Below, in pieces: positions 33,842-44,345 of a DNA stretch of 64,000 bases. The stretch comes from Pirellulales bacterium (lineage in GTDB: Bacteria; Planctomycetota; Planctomycetia; Pirellulales; JAEUIK01). Position 1 is the stretch's first letter. Each line of letters opens with the position of its first letter. The translations under genes and the position numbers were made by a program. Below the pieces are notes generated by a model. That model did no database searches. It was not told the origin of the DNA and was given only the letters and a program-made list of their open reading frames with translations. Where the stretch lies: positions 59,604 through 123,603 of the forward strand of contig JBFXAH010000001.1 of assembly GCA_050184475.1 (NCBI GenBank), written 5' to 3'.

Positions 33842-36800
33842 TCTCGAAGTTCTTTATCGATCGACCGATCTTCGCGGCCGTGCTGTCGATCGTCATCACC
33901 CTCGCCGGCGGCATTGCCGGCTTTACGCTGCCGATCGCGCAGTTTCCGCAAGTATCGCCACCGAACGTGACGGTTTCTTGCAGCTATCCGGGGGCCAGTG
34001 CCAAGGATGTCGCCCAGGCGGTTGCCGCGCCGATCGAGGAGAAGGTCAACGGCGTCGAAGGCATGATGTACATGTCGTCGTCGTGCACCAACGACGGTCA
34101 GTACAACCTCTCGGTGACCTTCCAGCACGGCGTCGACGTCGACATGGCGCAGGTCCTCGTGCAGAACCGCGTCAGCCTGGCGGTTCCCTCGCTCCCAGAC
34201 GTGATCAAGCAAACCGGCGTGACCACCCGCAAGCGTTCGCCCGACATCCTGATGGGCGTCGCCTTGATATCGCCCGATCGTCGCTACGACCAGCTTTATC
34301 TGAGCAATTTCGGCGTGTTGCAGGTCAAGGACGAACTGGCCCGCGTCGAAGGCGTGGGCGACGTGCATGTCTTCGGCCAACGCGACTACAGCATGCGGAT
34401 TTGGATCGATCCGCAGATGCTGGCCGCCCGCAATTTGACCCCGGCCGACGTCGCCAACGCCATTCGCGAACAGAACGCGCCAGTGGCCAGCGGCGGCATC
34501 GGGCAATCGCCCACACTCGACACGCAGCCGATCCAGATCACCTTGGACACGCTGGGCCGGCTGGAAGATGTCGAACAGTTCGAGCAGATCGTGCTCAAGG
34601 CCACGCCCGAGGGTCGCATCATCCGGCTGGGTGACGTGGCCCGGATCGAGTTGGGCGCCAAGAGCATGGACGTCAACAACAGTTTGGACGGGCAGCCAAC
34701 GGTGTTCCTGGCGATCTTTCAATTGCCCGACGCCAATGCCCTTGAAACGCACGACCGGGTGCTGGCCAAGATGGCCGAATTGTCGGAGAGCTTCCCCGAA
34801 GGACTGACCTTTGACGTCGGCTTCACGACAATCCCTTACACGCGCGAATCGATCAAGGAAGTCTTCAAGACGCTGCGCGATGCCATCGTGCTGGTGGCCA
34901 TCGTCGTGCTGTTGTTCCTGCAGAACTGGCGTTCGGCCATGATTCCGCTGGTGGCCGTGCCCGTGGCGATCGTCGGCACGTTCGCGGCCATGGCGCTGTT
35001 CGGTTTCAGCCTCAACAATCTGACGCTGTTCGGGCTAGTGCTGGCGATCGGCATCGTGGTCGACGACGCGATCGTGGTCGTCGAAGCAGTCGAGCACCAT
35101 ATCGAAAGCGGATTGGCGCCGCGCGAGGCCACGATCCGCGCCATGCAGCAAGTGTCGGGGGCGGTGATCGCGGTGGGCCTGGTGCTCAGCGCGGTCTTCG
35201 TACCGTGTGCCTTCATCAGCGGCTTGACCGGGCAGTTTTTTCGTCAATTCGCGATGACGATTGCCGTGTCGACGATCATTTCGGCATTCAACAGTCTGAC
35301 GTTGAGCCCGGCGCTCACCGCGCTGTTGCTGCGCAAGCACGATAAGACGATGGCGCCCCCCTTGCCTTGGTTGGCGTTTCCGCTATTGGGTGGGTGGCTC
35401 GGCTGGTTGCTGGCGGCCGAGCGGTTGGCGCCGGCGCTCGACGGGTTGGCGGTATTCGGTCCCTGGGGTGCGCCGGTGCTGGCGACCATGCTAGGGGCGA
35501 TCGCCGGCGGATTGCTCGGTAAGTGGCTGAACATGGCCTTGGGCGCGCTGTTTGGATGGTTCAATCGCGGCTTTGCGCGGCTGACAGGTGCCTACACACG
35601 CGTGGTCGGCGGGCTGGTGCGCGTGAGCGTGCTCACGCTGGTCGTTTACGGCGGTTTGCTGGGCCTCACCTACTGGCGGTTCATGGTCACGCCCAAGGGG
35701 TTCATACCGTCGCAGGATATGGGCTACCTGATGGTCAGCGTGCAACTTCCCGATTCCGCATCGCTCGAACGCACGCAGGCGGTGATCGATCGCATCGTGC
35801 AGATCGCGGTCGCGCATCCGGCCGTCAAGCACTGCTCGGGCATTACCGGTCAGTCGTTCGTGCTCAATGCCTACGGATCGAACTTCGGTTCGCTGTTTGT
35901 GAATCTCAAGGAGTACCATCTGCGGCGTAGCGCCGACCTGGCGAGCGACACGGTGGCCAACGACTTGCGGGCGGCCTTTGGCCGCGAGATCAAGGAAGCC
36001 AGCGTGCAAGTGTTTCCGCCGCCGCCGATCCGTGGCGTAGGGCGCGCCGGCGGCTTCATGATCATGATCGAAGACCGGGGAGACGTAGGGCCTCAGGTCT
36101 TGCAAGAAGAGACGGAGCGGCTCGTGGCCGAGGGCAACGAAACGCCCGGGCTGTCCATGTTGTCGTCGTCGTTTCGGGCGAACGTGCCGCAATTGTACGT
36201 GCGTCATAACGGCCGGCAGAGTGTGCTGCGCAAGGTGACCTCACAAGACTATGCCAACACGTTGCGGATGTATCAGGGCTCGCTCTATGTCAACGACTTC
36301 AACAAGTTCGGCCGCACCTGGCAGGTCATTATTCAGGCCGAGCCCGAGTTTCGCGATCGCCCCGAGTACATTTCGCGGCTCAAGGTCCGCAACGCCGAGG
36401 GCCTGATGGTGCCGCTCGGTTCGATCGCCAGCGTGCAGGAAGTGAACGGCCCGCTGGTCCTCACGCGGTACAACATGCGCCCCGCCGCCTCGCTCAATGG
36501 CATGGCGGCCCCTGGCACCAGCTCGCATCGAGCCATCGAGATCATGGAGCACCTGGCCAGGCAGAATCTGCCGCGAAACTTGGGCTTCGAGTGGACCGAC
36601 ATGTCATATCTCGAATTGCTGGCGGGCAATACCGCCACGGTCATTTTCGGATTCGCGGTCGTAATGGTCTTTCTGGTGCTGGCCGCTCAGTACGAGAGCT
36701 GGTCGCTGCCGTTGGCGGTAATTCTCGTGGTGCCGATGTGCCTGCTCAGTGCGCTGGTGGGCGTCAGCATCGCCGGCAAAGACGTGAACATCTTCACCCG

Positions 36801-37356
36801 CATCGGTTTCGTGGTGCTGGTCGGGCTGGCGAGCAAGAACGCCATCTTGATCGTGGAGTTCGCCAAGCAGCAGCGGGCGGCCGGCGTGCCGCGGCGCGAG
36901 GCGACGCTGGCCGCTTGCGGCCTGCGCCTGCGGCCGATCGTGATGACCTCGCTGGCGTTCATTCTGGGGGTCGTGCCGCTGATCGCTTCGCATGGCGCCG
37001 GGGCCGAAATGCGCCGCGCGCTGGGGGTCGCCGTGTTCAGCGGCATGTTGGGCGTGACGATGTTCGGCCTGGCGCTGACCCCGGTCTTCTTCTACACGAT
37101 CGACCGGGCCGGAGAAGCAAAACTGCTGTCGGCGGGATGGCTGCGGCACATCGGCGACCTGGTGTTGGCCGTGCTGAGCTTGCGCCCATTGCGCCGGGCG
37201 ACCGTCGACATGGCGCGCCGCATGCGTCGGCCGGCCGTCGATCGAGGGGCTGAAGACGCTTCCGTAGCGTCGGCCACGGATCAGCCGAACAACTTCGCAG
37301 GCAATGGCGGCCTGCCGCTTCCGCATCGTCCGCCACGCGATCGTCAGCCGAGGTAA
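33838..37356 (+). CDS. Efflux RND transporter permease (HAE1-type, AcrB/MdtB-like), paralog 1
   Basis: MISKFFIDRPIFAAVLSIVITLAGG... and 12-TM RND architecture. 1172 aa, with an extended loop after TM6 and a basic C-terminal tail. Confidence 0.9.
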   Translation: MISKFFIDRPIFAAVLSIVITLAGGIAGFTLPIAQFPQVSPPNVTVSCSYPGASAKDVAQAVAAPIEEKVNGVEGMMYMSSSCTNDGQYNLSVTFQHGVDVDMAQVLVQNRVSLAVPSLPDVIKQTGVTTRKRSPDILMGVALISPDRRYDQLYLSNFGVLQVKDELARVEGVGDVHVFGQRDYSMRIWIDPQMLAARNLTPADVANAIREQNAPVASGGIGQSPTLDTQPIQITLDTLGRLEDVEQFEQIVLKATPEGRIIRLGDVARIELGAKSMDVNNSLDGQPTVFLAIFQLPDANALETHDRVLAKMAELSESFPEGLTFDVGFTTIPYTRESIKEVFKTLRDAIVLVAIVVLLFLQNWRSAMIPLVAVPVAIVGTFAAMALFGFSLNNLTLFGLVLAIGIVVDDAIVVVEAVEHHIESGLAPREATIRAMQQVSGAVIAVGLVLSAVFVPCAFISGLTGQFFRQFAMTIAVSTIISAFNSLTLSPALTALLLRKHDKTMAPPLPWLAFPLLGGWLGWLLAAERLAPALDGLAVFGPWGAPVLATMLGAIAGGLLGKWLNMALGALFGWFNRGFARLTGAYTRVVGGLVRVSVLTLVVYGGLLGLTYWRFMVTPKGFIPSQDMGYLMVSVQLPDSASLERTQAVIDRIVQIAVAHPAVKHCSGITGQSFVLNAYGSNFGSLFVNLKEYHLRRSADLASDTVANDLRAAFGREIKEASVQVFPPPPIRGVGRAGGFMIMIEDRGDVGPQVLQEETERLVAEGNETPGLSMLSSSFRANVPQLYVRHNGRQSVLRKVTSQDYANTLRMYQGSLYVNDFNKFGRTWQVIIQAEPEFRDRPEYISRLKVRNAEGLMVPLGSIASVQEVNGPLVLTRYNMRPAASLNGMAAPGTSSHRAIEIMEHLARQNLPRNLGFEWTDMSYLELLAGNTATVIFGFAVVMVFLVLAAQYESWSLPLAVILVVPMCLLSALVGVSIAGKDVNIFTRIGFVVLVGLASKNAILIVEFAKQQRAAGVPRREATLAACGLRLRPIVMTSLAFILGVVPLIASHGAGAEMRRALGVAVFSGMLGVTMFGLALTPVFFYTIDRAGEAKLLSAGWLRHIGDLVLAVLSLRPLRRATVDMARRMRRPAVDRGAEDASVASATDQPNNFAGNGGLPLPHRPPRDRQPR

Positions 37357-37365
37357 GGATCTGCC

Positions 37366-40300
37366 GTGTTCTCGCAGTTCTTCATCAACCGACCGATCTT
37401 TGCCTCGGTGTTGTCGATCATGGTGACGCTGGCCGGCGGAGTGTCGTTGCTGACGCTGCCGATCGCCCAGTATCCCGAAATCACTCCGCCGACGGTTGAG
37501 GTCTCGGCCGTCTATCCCGGAGCCAACGCCCAGGTGCTGGCCGACACGGTCGCGGCGCCGATCGAGCAGTACGTCAATGGCGTCGAAAAGATGCTCTACA
37601 TGTCGTCGCAATGCACCAACGACGGCACCTATACGTTGACCGTGACTTTCCAGCACGGCGTCGATCTGAACATGGCGCAAGTGCTCGTGCAAAACCGCGT
37701 GTCGCTGGCGCAACCGACCTTGCCGCCGCTCGTGCAGCGGCGCGGCATCTCGGTCAAGAAGAAGTCGCCCAGCGTGCTGTTGATCGTCAACCTGTTTTCT
37801 CCCGAAGGGACGCGCGACGATCTGTACTTGAGCAACTACGCGACCATCCAGCTCAAGGACGAACTATCGCGCATCGACGGGGTCGGCGACATCACCTATA
37901 TCGGTCAGCGCGACTACAGCATGCGCCTCTGGCTCGATCCCGAGAAGATGGCCTATCGCGGACTGAGCACCACCGACGTCGTCGAGGCCATCGAGCAACA
38001 GAACACCCAGGTGGCGGCCGGGCAAATCGGCCAGCCGCCGATCGCCGATGGCCAGGTCTTTCAGTTCACCATGAGCACGATGGGGCGCTTGCTCGACGTC
38101 GAGCAGTTCGGCGAGATCATTCTCAAGGCCGACGCCGAGGGGCGCTTCGTTCGCCTCAAGGACGTTGGCAATCTTGAACTGGGGGCGCTGGTCTACAACC
38201 AGTTGTGCACGCTCGATGGCAAACCGTCGGTCGCGCTGTCGGTTTACCAGTTGCCCGGCTCCAACGCGCTCGAAGTGGCCCGCGACGTTCGCGCCAAAAT
38301 GGCCGAGTTGCGCGGCCGCTTCCCCAGGGGGATCGACTATTCGATCGTCTACGACACGACGCCGTTCATCGAGGAATCGATCCAAGAAGTTTTTCACACG
38401 CTGCGCGACGCCGTGATATTGGTGGCGCTGGTCGTGCTCGTCTTTTTGCAGAATTGGCGTTCGGCCATTATTCCGCTGGTCGCCGTGCCCGTGGCGATCG
38501 TCGGCACGTTCGCGGCGATGGCCCTGATCGGCTTCAGCCTGAATAACCTGACGTTGTTCGGCCTGGTGTTGGCCATCGGCATCGTCGTCGACGACGCCAT
38601 CGTGGTCGTCGAGGCGGTCGAGCATCATATTGAACGAGGGCTGTCGCCGCGCGACGCCACGCTCAAAGCGATGCAGCAAGTCTCGGGGCCGGTGATCGCC
38701 GTGGGGCTCGTCCTCAGCGCGGTGTTCGTACCGTGCGCGTTCATCACCGGCATCACGGGGCAGTTCTTTCGGCAGTTCGCGCTGACGATCGCAGTCTCGA
38801 CCGTGATTTCGGCGTTCAACAGCCTGACGCTCAGCCCGGCGCTTACGGCTCTGCTGTTGCGGCCGCGCGAGAAGGGAGCCGCCCCGCCGTTGCCGCGCTG
38901 GGTGGTGCCGCTGGCGGCCGGCTGGATCGGCTGGGCCTTCACGGGCCCCTGGCTCGCGGCGGCGACTCAGGGCCGGCTCGGCGAAACATTCGGCAACTGG
39001 CTGCACGACAACGACTGGTTTCTGCCGGCTCTCGCAGCGGTCGCGATGGCGCTCTTGGGGTGGCTGGCCAGCCATCGCGTTAACGCTCTGCTGGGAGGCG
39101 CATTCCGCGCGTTCAACCGAGGCTTCGACCGCGCCACCGGAGTCTACACGCGCGCTGTCGGCGGCTTGCTGCGCGTGAGCGTGCTGGTGCTGGTCGTCTA
39201 CGGCGGACTGTTGGCGCTCGCCTATCAGAGTTTCATAATCGCGCCCAAGGGCTTCATCCCATCGCAAGACAAGGGCTACTTGCTCGTCAACGTGCAACTG
39301 CCCGATTCGGCGTCCCTCGCCCGCACGCAAGGCACGGTGCGCGAGATCGAACAAGCCGCGGCTGGGATCGAGGGCGTGCATCATACCGTGGCGATTGCCG
39401 GTCACTCGATCCTGCTGAACGCGGCCGCGCCGAATTTTGGCGCCCTGTACGTGATGCTCGACGAATTCGACGCCCGTGTCGAGCGGGGCCTCACGAGCGA
39501 AGCGATCGCCTTGCGACTACAGCGAGTGCTCGATGGCAGAGTCGGCGAAGGAGTCATACACGTCTTTGGTGCTCCGCCAGTCGATGGATTGGGGACCGCC
39601 GGCGGCTTCAAGCTCGTCGTCGAAGACCGTGGCGATTTGGGAACCGACGCTTTGCAAGCGGTCTCCGAGAAGATCGTCCACGACGGCAACGAAGCCGGCG
39701 AGCTGCGCGAACTGTTCTCGAGCTTTCGGGCCAACAGCCCTTGGCTATATCTCGATATCGACCGCGTGGCGGCCAAGCGAATGGGCCTGAACATGGCCGA
39801 CGTGTTCAATACCCTGCAGGTCTATCTGGGCTCGCTGTACGTCAACGACTTCAACCGCTTCGGCCGCACGTGGCAAGTCAATCTGCAGGCCGGGGCCGAT
39901 TTCCGCAATCAGGTCGACGATCTCAAGCAGCTCAAGATTCGCAATCACGATGGGCTGATGGTTCCGCTGGCGGCTTTCAGCGAAGTGCGCGACGTCGAGG
40001 GACCGACGATGATCACGCGCTACAACTTGTATCGCGCCGCTCCCATCAACTTGAGCGTCGAGCCGGGCGTCAGCTCGGGCGAGGCGCTGGCCAAGATGGA
40101 GCGTATCGCGCGCCAGGATCTGCCGCGGGCGATGCGCGTCGAATGGACCGAGTTGGCGCTTTTGCAGTTGCAAACCGGCAACACGGCGATGCTCGTCTTC
40201 GTGTTGGCCGTGGTGCTGGTGTTTCTGGTGCTGGCCGCGCAGTACGAGAGCTGGTCGCTGCCGTTGGCCGTAATTCTTGTGGTGCCGATGTGCTTGCTCT

Positions 40301-40695
40301 GCTCAGTCGCGGCGGTGCTTGTCGGGCGATTGGATGTGAACATCTTCACTCAGGTCGGTTTCGTGGTATTGATCGGCCTGGCTTGCAAAAACGCGATCTT
40401 GATCGTCGAATTCGCCAAGGCCCAGCGCGAAGCGGGAGCGTCGCGCCGCGACGCCACGCTGGCGGCTTGCCAGTTGCGCTTGCGGCCGATCGTGATGACG
40501 TCGCTGGCGTTTATTCTGGGGGTCGTGCCGCTGGTTTTGTCGGCGGGAGCCGGAGCCGAGATGCGACGCACCCTGGGGACCGCGGTCTTCGGCGGCATGC
40601 TCGGCGTGACGCTGTTCGGCATCTTCTTGACGCCGGTTTTCTACTTCGTGATCGACTGGATCGGCGGGCGGTATGCCGGCGATGACTCGGCATAA
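37366..40695 (+). CDS. Efflux RND transporter permease (HAE1-type), paralog 2
   Basis: MFSQFFINRPIFASVLSIMVTLAGG.... About 60-65% identical by eye to the upstream paralog over the N-terminal 200 aa. GTG start 9 nt after the preceding stop. Confidence 0.9.
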   Translation: MFSQFFINRPIFASVLSIMVTLAGGVSLLTLPIAQYPEITPPTVEVSAVYPGANAQVLADTVAAPIEQYVNGVEKMLYMSSQCTNDGTYTLTVTFQHGVDLNMAQVLVQNRVSLAQPTLPPLVQRRGISVKKKSPSVLLIVNLFSPEGTRDDLYLSNYATIQLKDELSRIDGVGDITYIGQRDYSMRLWLDPEKMAYRGLSTTDVVEAIEQQNTQVAAGQIGQPPIADGQVFQFTMSTMGRLLDVEQFGEIILKADAEGRFVRLKDVGNLELGALVYNQLCTLDGKPSVALSVYQLPGSNALEVARDVRAKMAELRGRFPRGIDYSIVYDTTPFIEESIQEVFHTLRDAVILVALVVLVFLQNWRSAIIPLVAVPVAIVGTFAAMALIGFSLNNLTLFGLVLAIGIVVDDAIVVVEAVEHHIERGLSPRDATLKAMQQVSGPVIAVGLVLSAVFVPCAFITGITGQFFRQFALTIAVSTVISAFNSLTLSPALTALLLRPREKGAAPPLPRWVVPLAAGWIGWAFTGPWLAAATQGRLGETFGNWLHDNDWFLPALAAVAMALLGWLASHRVNALLGGAFRAFNRGFDRATGVYTRAVGGLLRVSVLVLVVYGGLLALAYQSFIIAPKGFIPSQDKGYLLVNVQLPDSASLARTQGTVREIEQAAAGIEGVHHTVAIAGHSILLNAAAPNFGALYVMLDEFDARVERGLTSEAIALRLQRVLDGRVGEGVIHVFGAPPVDGLGTAGGFKLVVEDRGDLGTDALQAVSEKIVHDGNEAGELRELFSSFRANSPWLYLDIDRVAAKRMGLNMADVFNTLQVYLGSLYVNDFNRFGRTWQVNLQAGADFRNQVDDLKQLKIRNHDGLMVPLAAFSEVRDVEGPTMITRYNLYRAAPINLSVEPGVSSGEALAKMERIARQDLPRAMRVEWTELALLQLQTGNTAMLVFVLAVVLVFLVLAAQYESWSLPLAVILVVPMCLLCSVAAVLVGRLDVNIFTQVGFVVLIGLACKNAILIVEFAKAQREAGASRRDATLAACQLRLRPIVMTSLAFILGVVPLVLSAGAGAEMRRTLGTAVFGGMLGVTLFGIFLTPVFYFVIDWIGGRYAGDDSA

Positions 40696-40775
40696 ACCTT
40701 CTTTATAAGCGCATGGCGCTCCACACGCTTTCGCGAGAGAGCGATCGCGCCGCGCCACGCTGAAACTTCGACGAC

Positions 40776-41138
40776 TTAGCCGTCGGTCGTCGGTTTGGGC
40801 GGCTTCTTGCCGTATTTGGCCTCGTACTGCGCGGCGAATTGCGCTTCGTATTCCGGATGGCAGACAAAGCACTGCGAGTCGGGGCGATCGTGTTCGCCGC
40901 ACCAGTCTCCCTGGGCTTTCATCTCCGCGGCGACTTTGCGGTCGCACAGCCCACACACTTCTTCGGGCACGCCATGCTCGTCGCACCACCAGGCGCCATG
41001 CGTGTGGCCGGTCTTCGCCGAACTAGCGGGGCTAGCGTCGGTCGCCGTTTCGCCGGCCCCCTGACTGCAGCCGGCGATCGCCACGAGCGCACCTAATCCA
41101 CTCGCCAACCAAATCGAGCGTCGCAACAACATGAGCAA
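40776..41138 (-). CDS. Small Cys/His-rich lipoprotein (two W-C-x-E-H-x-x-P-x-x-x-C-x-x-C motifs), last gene of the metal-efflux operon
   Basis: Lipobox LVAIAGC. Motifs WWCDEHGVPEEVCGLC and DWCGEHDRPDSQCFVCHPE. It lies 30 nt downstream of czcA on the same strand. Confidence 0.6.
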   Translation of the reverse strand: MLMLLRRSIWLASGLGALVAIAGCSQGAGETATDASPASSAKTGHTHGAWWCDEHGVPEEVCGLCDRKVAAEMKAQGDWCGEHDRPDSQCFVCHPEYEAQFAAQYEAKYGKKPPKPTTDG

Positions 41139-41168
41139 TTCCTTTCCTTTGTGAATATCCGCAGATCC

Positions 41169-44100
41169 TTAAGTAGAACTCGCCGTCAGCAACTCGCGCT
41201 GTTCGGGGCGCGCTTGATCTGGCCCACGCTTTTCAAACGGCGAGCTGAAGACCAGATACAACACGCGCAGCACCAGGAGCGACATGATCATCGACCCGAT
41301 CACGCCGCCGATGACCACGGTGGCCAAAGGCCGCTGCACTTCGGCTCCCATGCCGGTGCTGAAGGCCATGGGCAAGAAGCCCAAACTGGCGACGAGCGTC
41401 GTCATCAGCACGGGCCGGAGGCGCGTGACCGCCGCCTGCACGACCGCATCGTCGAGCGGCATCCCCTTCTGCCGCAGTTGCCGCACGTAAGAAACCAAAA
41501 TCATGTCATCCAGCACGGCGACGCCCGAGAGCGCGATGAAGCCGATCGCCGCCGAAATCGAGAAGGGCATGTCGCGCAGCCACAACGCGAAGATCCCGCC
41601 GACCAGACCGAACGGCACTCCCGTGAACACGCGCAGCGCGTCGACGATGTTGTTGTAGGTGAAGTACAGCAGCCCGAAGATCAGGGCCCCGGCCACGGGG
41701 ACGACAACGAGCAGCCGGGCCCGGGCGCGCTGGAGGTGCTCGAACTGCCCACCGAACTCGTAGAAATAGCGACCGGGGGGAAGCGCCAACTCGGTCTTCA
41801 GGCGCCGCTGCGCCTCGGCGACGAAACTCCCCATGTCTCGTCCACGCACGTTGCACGAAATGGTGAGGCGCCGCTGCCCCCATTCGCGGGTGATGGTCGC
41901 TGGGCCCTCGATCACGCGGATATCGGCCAGTCGCGAGAGGGGGAGCCGCTCGCCGGCAGCGGTCGGAATCAAAATCGAGCCGATGCCGGCCGTGCCAGCG
42001 CGCAGCGGTTCGGGTAACCTCGCCACCAATGGAAACCGCAACTGTCCTTCGATCACTTCGCCCAGCGGCAAACTGCCGACCGACTCGATCACGTCGGTTA
42101 CCACCTTGGCGGGTACTCCGTAGCGGGCGAGTTGTTCCTGATCGAGTTTGATCTGCAGGACGGGTTGACCGGTGATCTGTTCGACATTGACGTCGGCACT
42201 GCCGGGTACTCGACTGAGGATCGCTTCGATTTCTCGCCCCGTGGCCGCCAGCACGTCGAGGTCGTCGCCATAGAGCTGCACGGCGACGTCGGCGCGAACG
42301 CCACTGACCATTTCGTTCATCCGCATTTCGATCGGCTGCAAGAAGACAAGCCGCTGCCCGGGCATGTCGCGCAATTGGGCCTCGATGAGCGAGGTGAGCT
42401 CTTCCTGCGTGCCTGCGCGCTTCCACTGGCTGCGCGGCGTGAGCGACATGAACATGTCGGTCAGCTCGATACCCATCGGGTCGGTGGCGATCTCGGCGGT
42501 GCCAATCCGGCTCCAGACGTGTTTGACTTCGTCGGGAAACTTGGCCAGCACGACCTTTTCCATCTGCGTGTTGTACTTAATCGAATCTTCGAGATCGGTG
42601 CCGGTCAGCCGGACGACGCTGACGGCGATCGCCCCCTCGGAGAGCCGCGGCACGAACTCCGATCCCAGGTTCGGGGCGATCAGTGCGAAAGCCACGAACA
42701 TGACGATCAAGGCGAACCCGATGACCAACACCTTGTGGTTCATCGAGAACCGTAGAATCGGCGCGTGAATGCGATGTGCCAGGCGCATCAACAGCGGCTC
42801 GCGCTCCTGGACATTGCGCGGCAACAAGATGCTCGCCAACACCGGCATCAAGGTCAGCGAGAGGGCCATCGAACCGAGCAGGGCGAAAATGACCGTGAGC
42901 GCCATCGGCCGGAAGAGCTTGCCCTCGGTTCCTTCCAGCGTCAAGATCGGCAGATAAACGATCATGATGATCAGCTCGCCGAACATCGTCGGTTTGCGAA
43001 CTTCGACGGCGGCGTCGCGAACCATATCGACCATCGAACGCCGCCGATGATCGCCGTGGGCAATGTGCCGGACGCAGTTCTCGACCATGACCACCGAGCT
43101 GTCGACAATCATGCCGAAGTCGATGGCTCCCAAACTGAGCAGACTGGCCGAGATGCCGAATCGCAGCATGCCGGCGAATGCGAACAGCATCGACAGCGGA
43201 ATAGCCAGGGCCACGATCAGGGCCGCGCGCAAATTGCCCAGAAAGGCGAAGAGCACCGCGATGACAAGCAGTCCGCCTTCGAACAGGTTGTTCTTCACCG
43301 TGTCGATGACATGATTGACCAGTTCGGTGCGATCGTAGAGCGGTGCGACCTCGACGTTCGGCGGCAAGGTCGGCCGAATCTCGTCGAGCCGCCGCTTCAT
43401 CGCCCAGGTAACCTCGTGGGTGTTCTCTCCCATGAGCATGAAGCCCAAGCCCAGGACGACTTCACCCTGGCCGTCGGCGGTGACGGCTCCGCGGCGAATC
43501 TCGGAGCCGATCGTGACCTCGGCTACGTCGGCTACGCGGACCGGCACGCCGTCGCGGGCAGTGATCACGATGTTCTCGATCTGCTCGGAGTTGGTCGTGC
43601 GGCCGACCCCTTGCACTAGCACCGCCTGCGTTCCCTGGCGGATCGTTCCGGCGCCGACGTTGCGATTGTTGTCGCGCACGGCCTGGACCACCTGGTCGAA
43701 AGTGAGGTGGAACTTGATGAGCTGATCGGGATCGATTCGCACCTGGTACTGCTTTTCGTACCCCCCCCAGCTATTGATCTCGGCCGTGCCGGGCACCGTG
43801 CGCATTTTGGGCCGAATGAACCAGTCGTGGATCGTGCGCAATTCGGTAACGTCGTCGCCAGTGCCCGTGACGACGTAATGGAAGACTTCGCCGAGCCCCG
43901 TGGCGACGGGCCCCATCTTGGGGCGGCCGATCCCCTCGGACAGTTCGACCGTGGCCAAGCGTTCGTTGATCAGTTGGCGGGCGAAGTAGATATCGGTGCC
44001 GTCGGCGAATGTGACGACCACCTGCGAGAAGCCGAATTTCGAGACCGAGCGCATGGCTTCGAGACCGGGGAGTCCGCCGATCGATTGCTCGATCGGATAG

Positions 44101-44297
44101 GTAATCTGCCGCTCGACCTCCTCGGGCCCTAAGGCGGGGGCAATCGTGTTGATCTGCACCTGCACCGGCGTTGTGTCGGGGAAGGCGTCGATATCCAGGT
44201 AGCGCAACGAGAGGCCACCCACGATGGCCAACACCACCGTTGCCAGAATCACCGCGGCGCGGTGATGCAGCGAGAAGTTGATGATCCAGTTGAGCAC
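41169..44297 (-). CDS. czcA: Heavy-metal efflux RND pump, CzcA/CusA (HME) family
   Basis: MLNWIINFSLHHRAAVILATVVLAIVGGLSLRYLDIDAFPDTTPVQVQINT matches the CzcA-type N-terminus. 1042 aa, 12-TM RND layout. Confidence 0.9.
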   Translation of the reverse strand: MLNWIINFSLHHRAAVILATVVLAIVGGLSLRYLDIDAFPDTTPVQVQINTIAPALGPEEVERQITYPIEQSIGGLPGLEAMRSVSKFGFSQVVVTFADGTDIYFARQLINERLATVELSEGIGRPKMGPVATGLGEVFHYVVTGTGDDVTELRTIHDWFIRPKMRTVPGTAEINSWGGYEKQYQVRIDPDQLIKFHLTFDQVVQAVRDNNRNVGAGTIRQGTQAVLVQGVGRTTNSEQIENIVITARDGVPVRVADVAEVTIGSEIRRGAVTADGQGEVVLGLGFMLMGENTHEVTWAMKRRLDEIRPTLPPNVEVAPLYDRTELVNHVIDTVKNNLFEGGLLVIAVLFAFLGNLRAALIVALAIPLSMLFAFAGMLRFGISASLLSLGAIDFGMIVDSSVVMVENCVRHIAHGDHRRRSMVDMVRDAAVEVRKPTMFGELIIMIVYLPILTLEGTEGKLFRPMALTVIFALLGSMALSLTLMPVLASILLPRNVQEREPLLMRLAHRIHAPILRFSMNHKVLVIGFALIVMFVAFALIAPNLGSEFVPRLSEGAIAVSVVRLTGTDLEDSIKYNTQMEKVVLAKFPDEVKHVWSRIGTAEIATDPMGIELTDMFMSLTPRSQWKRAGTQEELTSLIEAQLRDMPGQRLVFLQPIEMRMNEMVSGVRADVAVQLYGDDLDVLAATGREIEAILSRVPGSADVNVEQITGQPVLQIKLDQEQLARYGVPAKVVTDVIESVGSLPLGEVIEGQLRFPLVARLPEPLRAGTAGIGSILIPTAAGERLPLSRLADIRVIEGPATITREWGQRRLTISCNVRGRDMGSFVAEAQRRLKTELALPPGRYFYEFGGQFEHLQRARARLLVVVPVAGALIFGLLYFTYNNIVDALRVFTGVPFGLVGGIFALWLRDMPFSISAAIGFIALSGVAVLDDMILVSYVRQLRQKGMPLDDAVVQAAVTRLRPVLMTTLVASLGFLPMAFSTGMGAEVQRPLATVVIGGVIGSMIMSLLVLRVLYLVFSSPFEKRGPDQARPEQRELLTASST

Positions 44298-44345
44298 GTC
44301 GCAGCGCTTGTATCTGGTGAAGTGTTCAGGCCCCAGAACGTTCGA

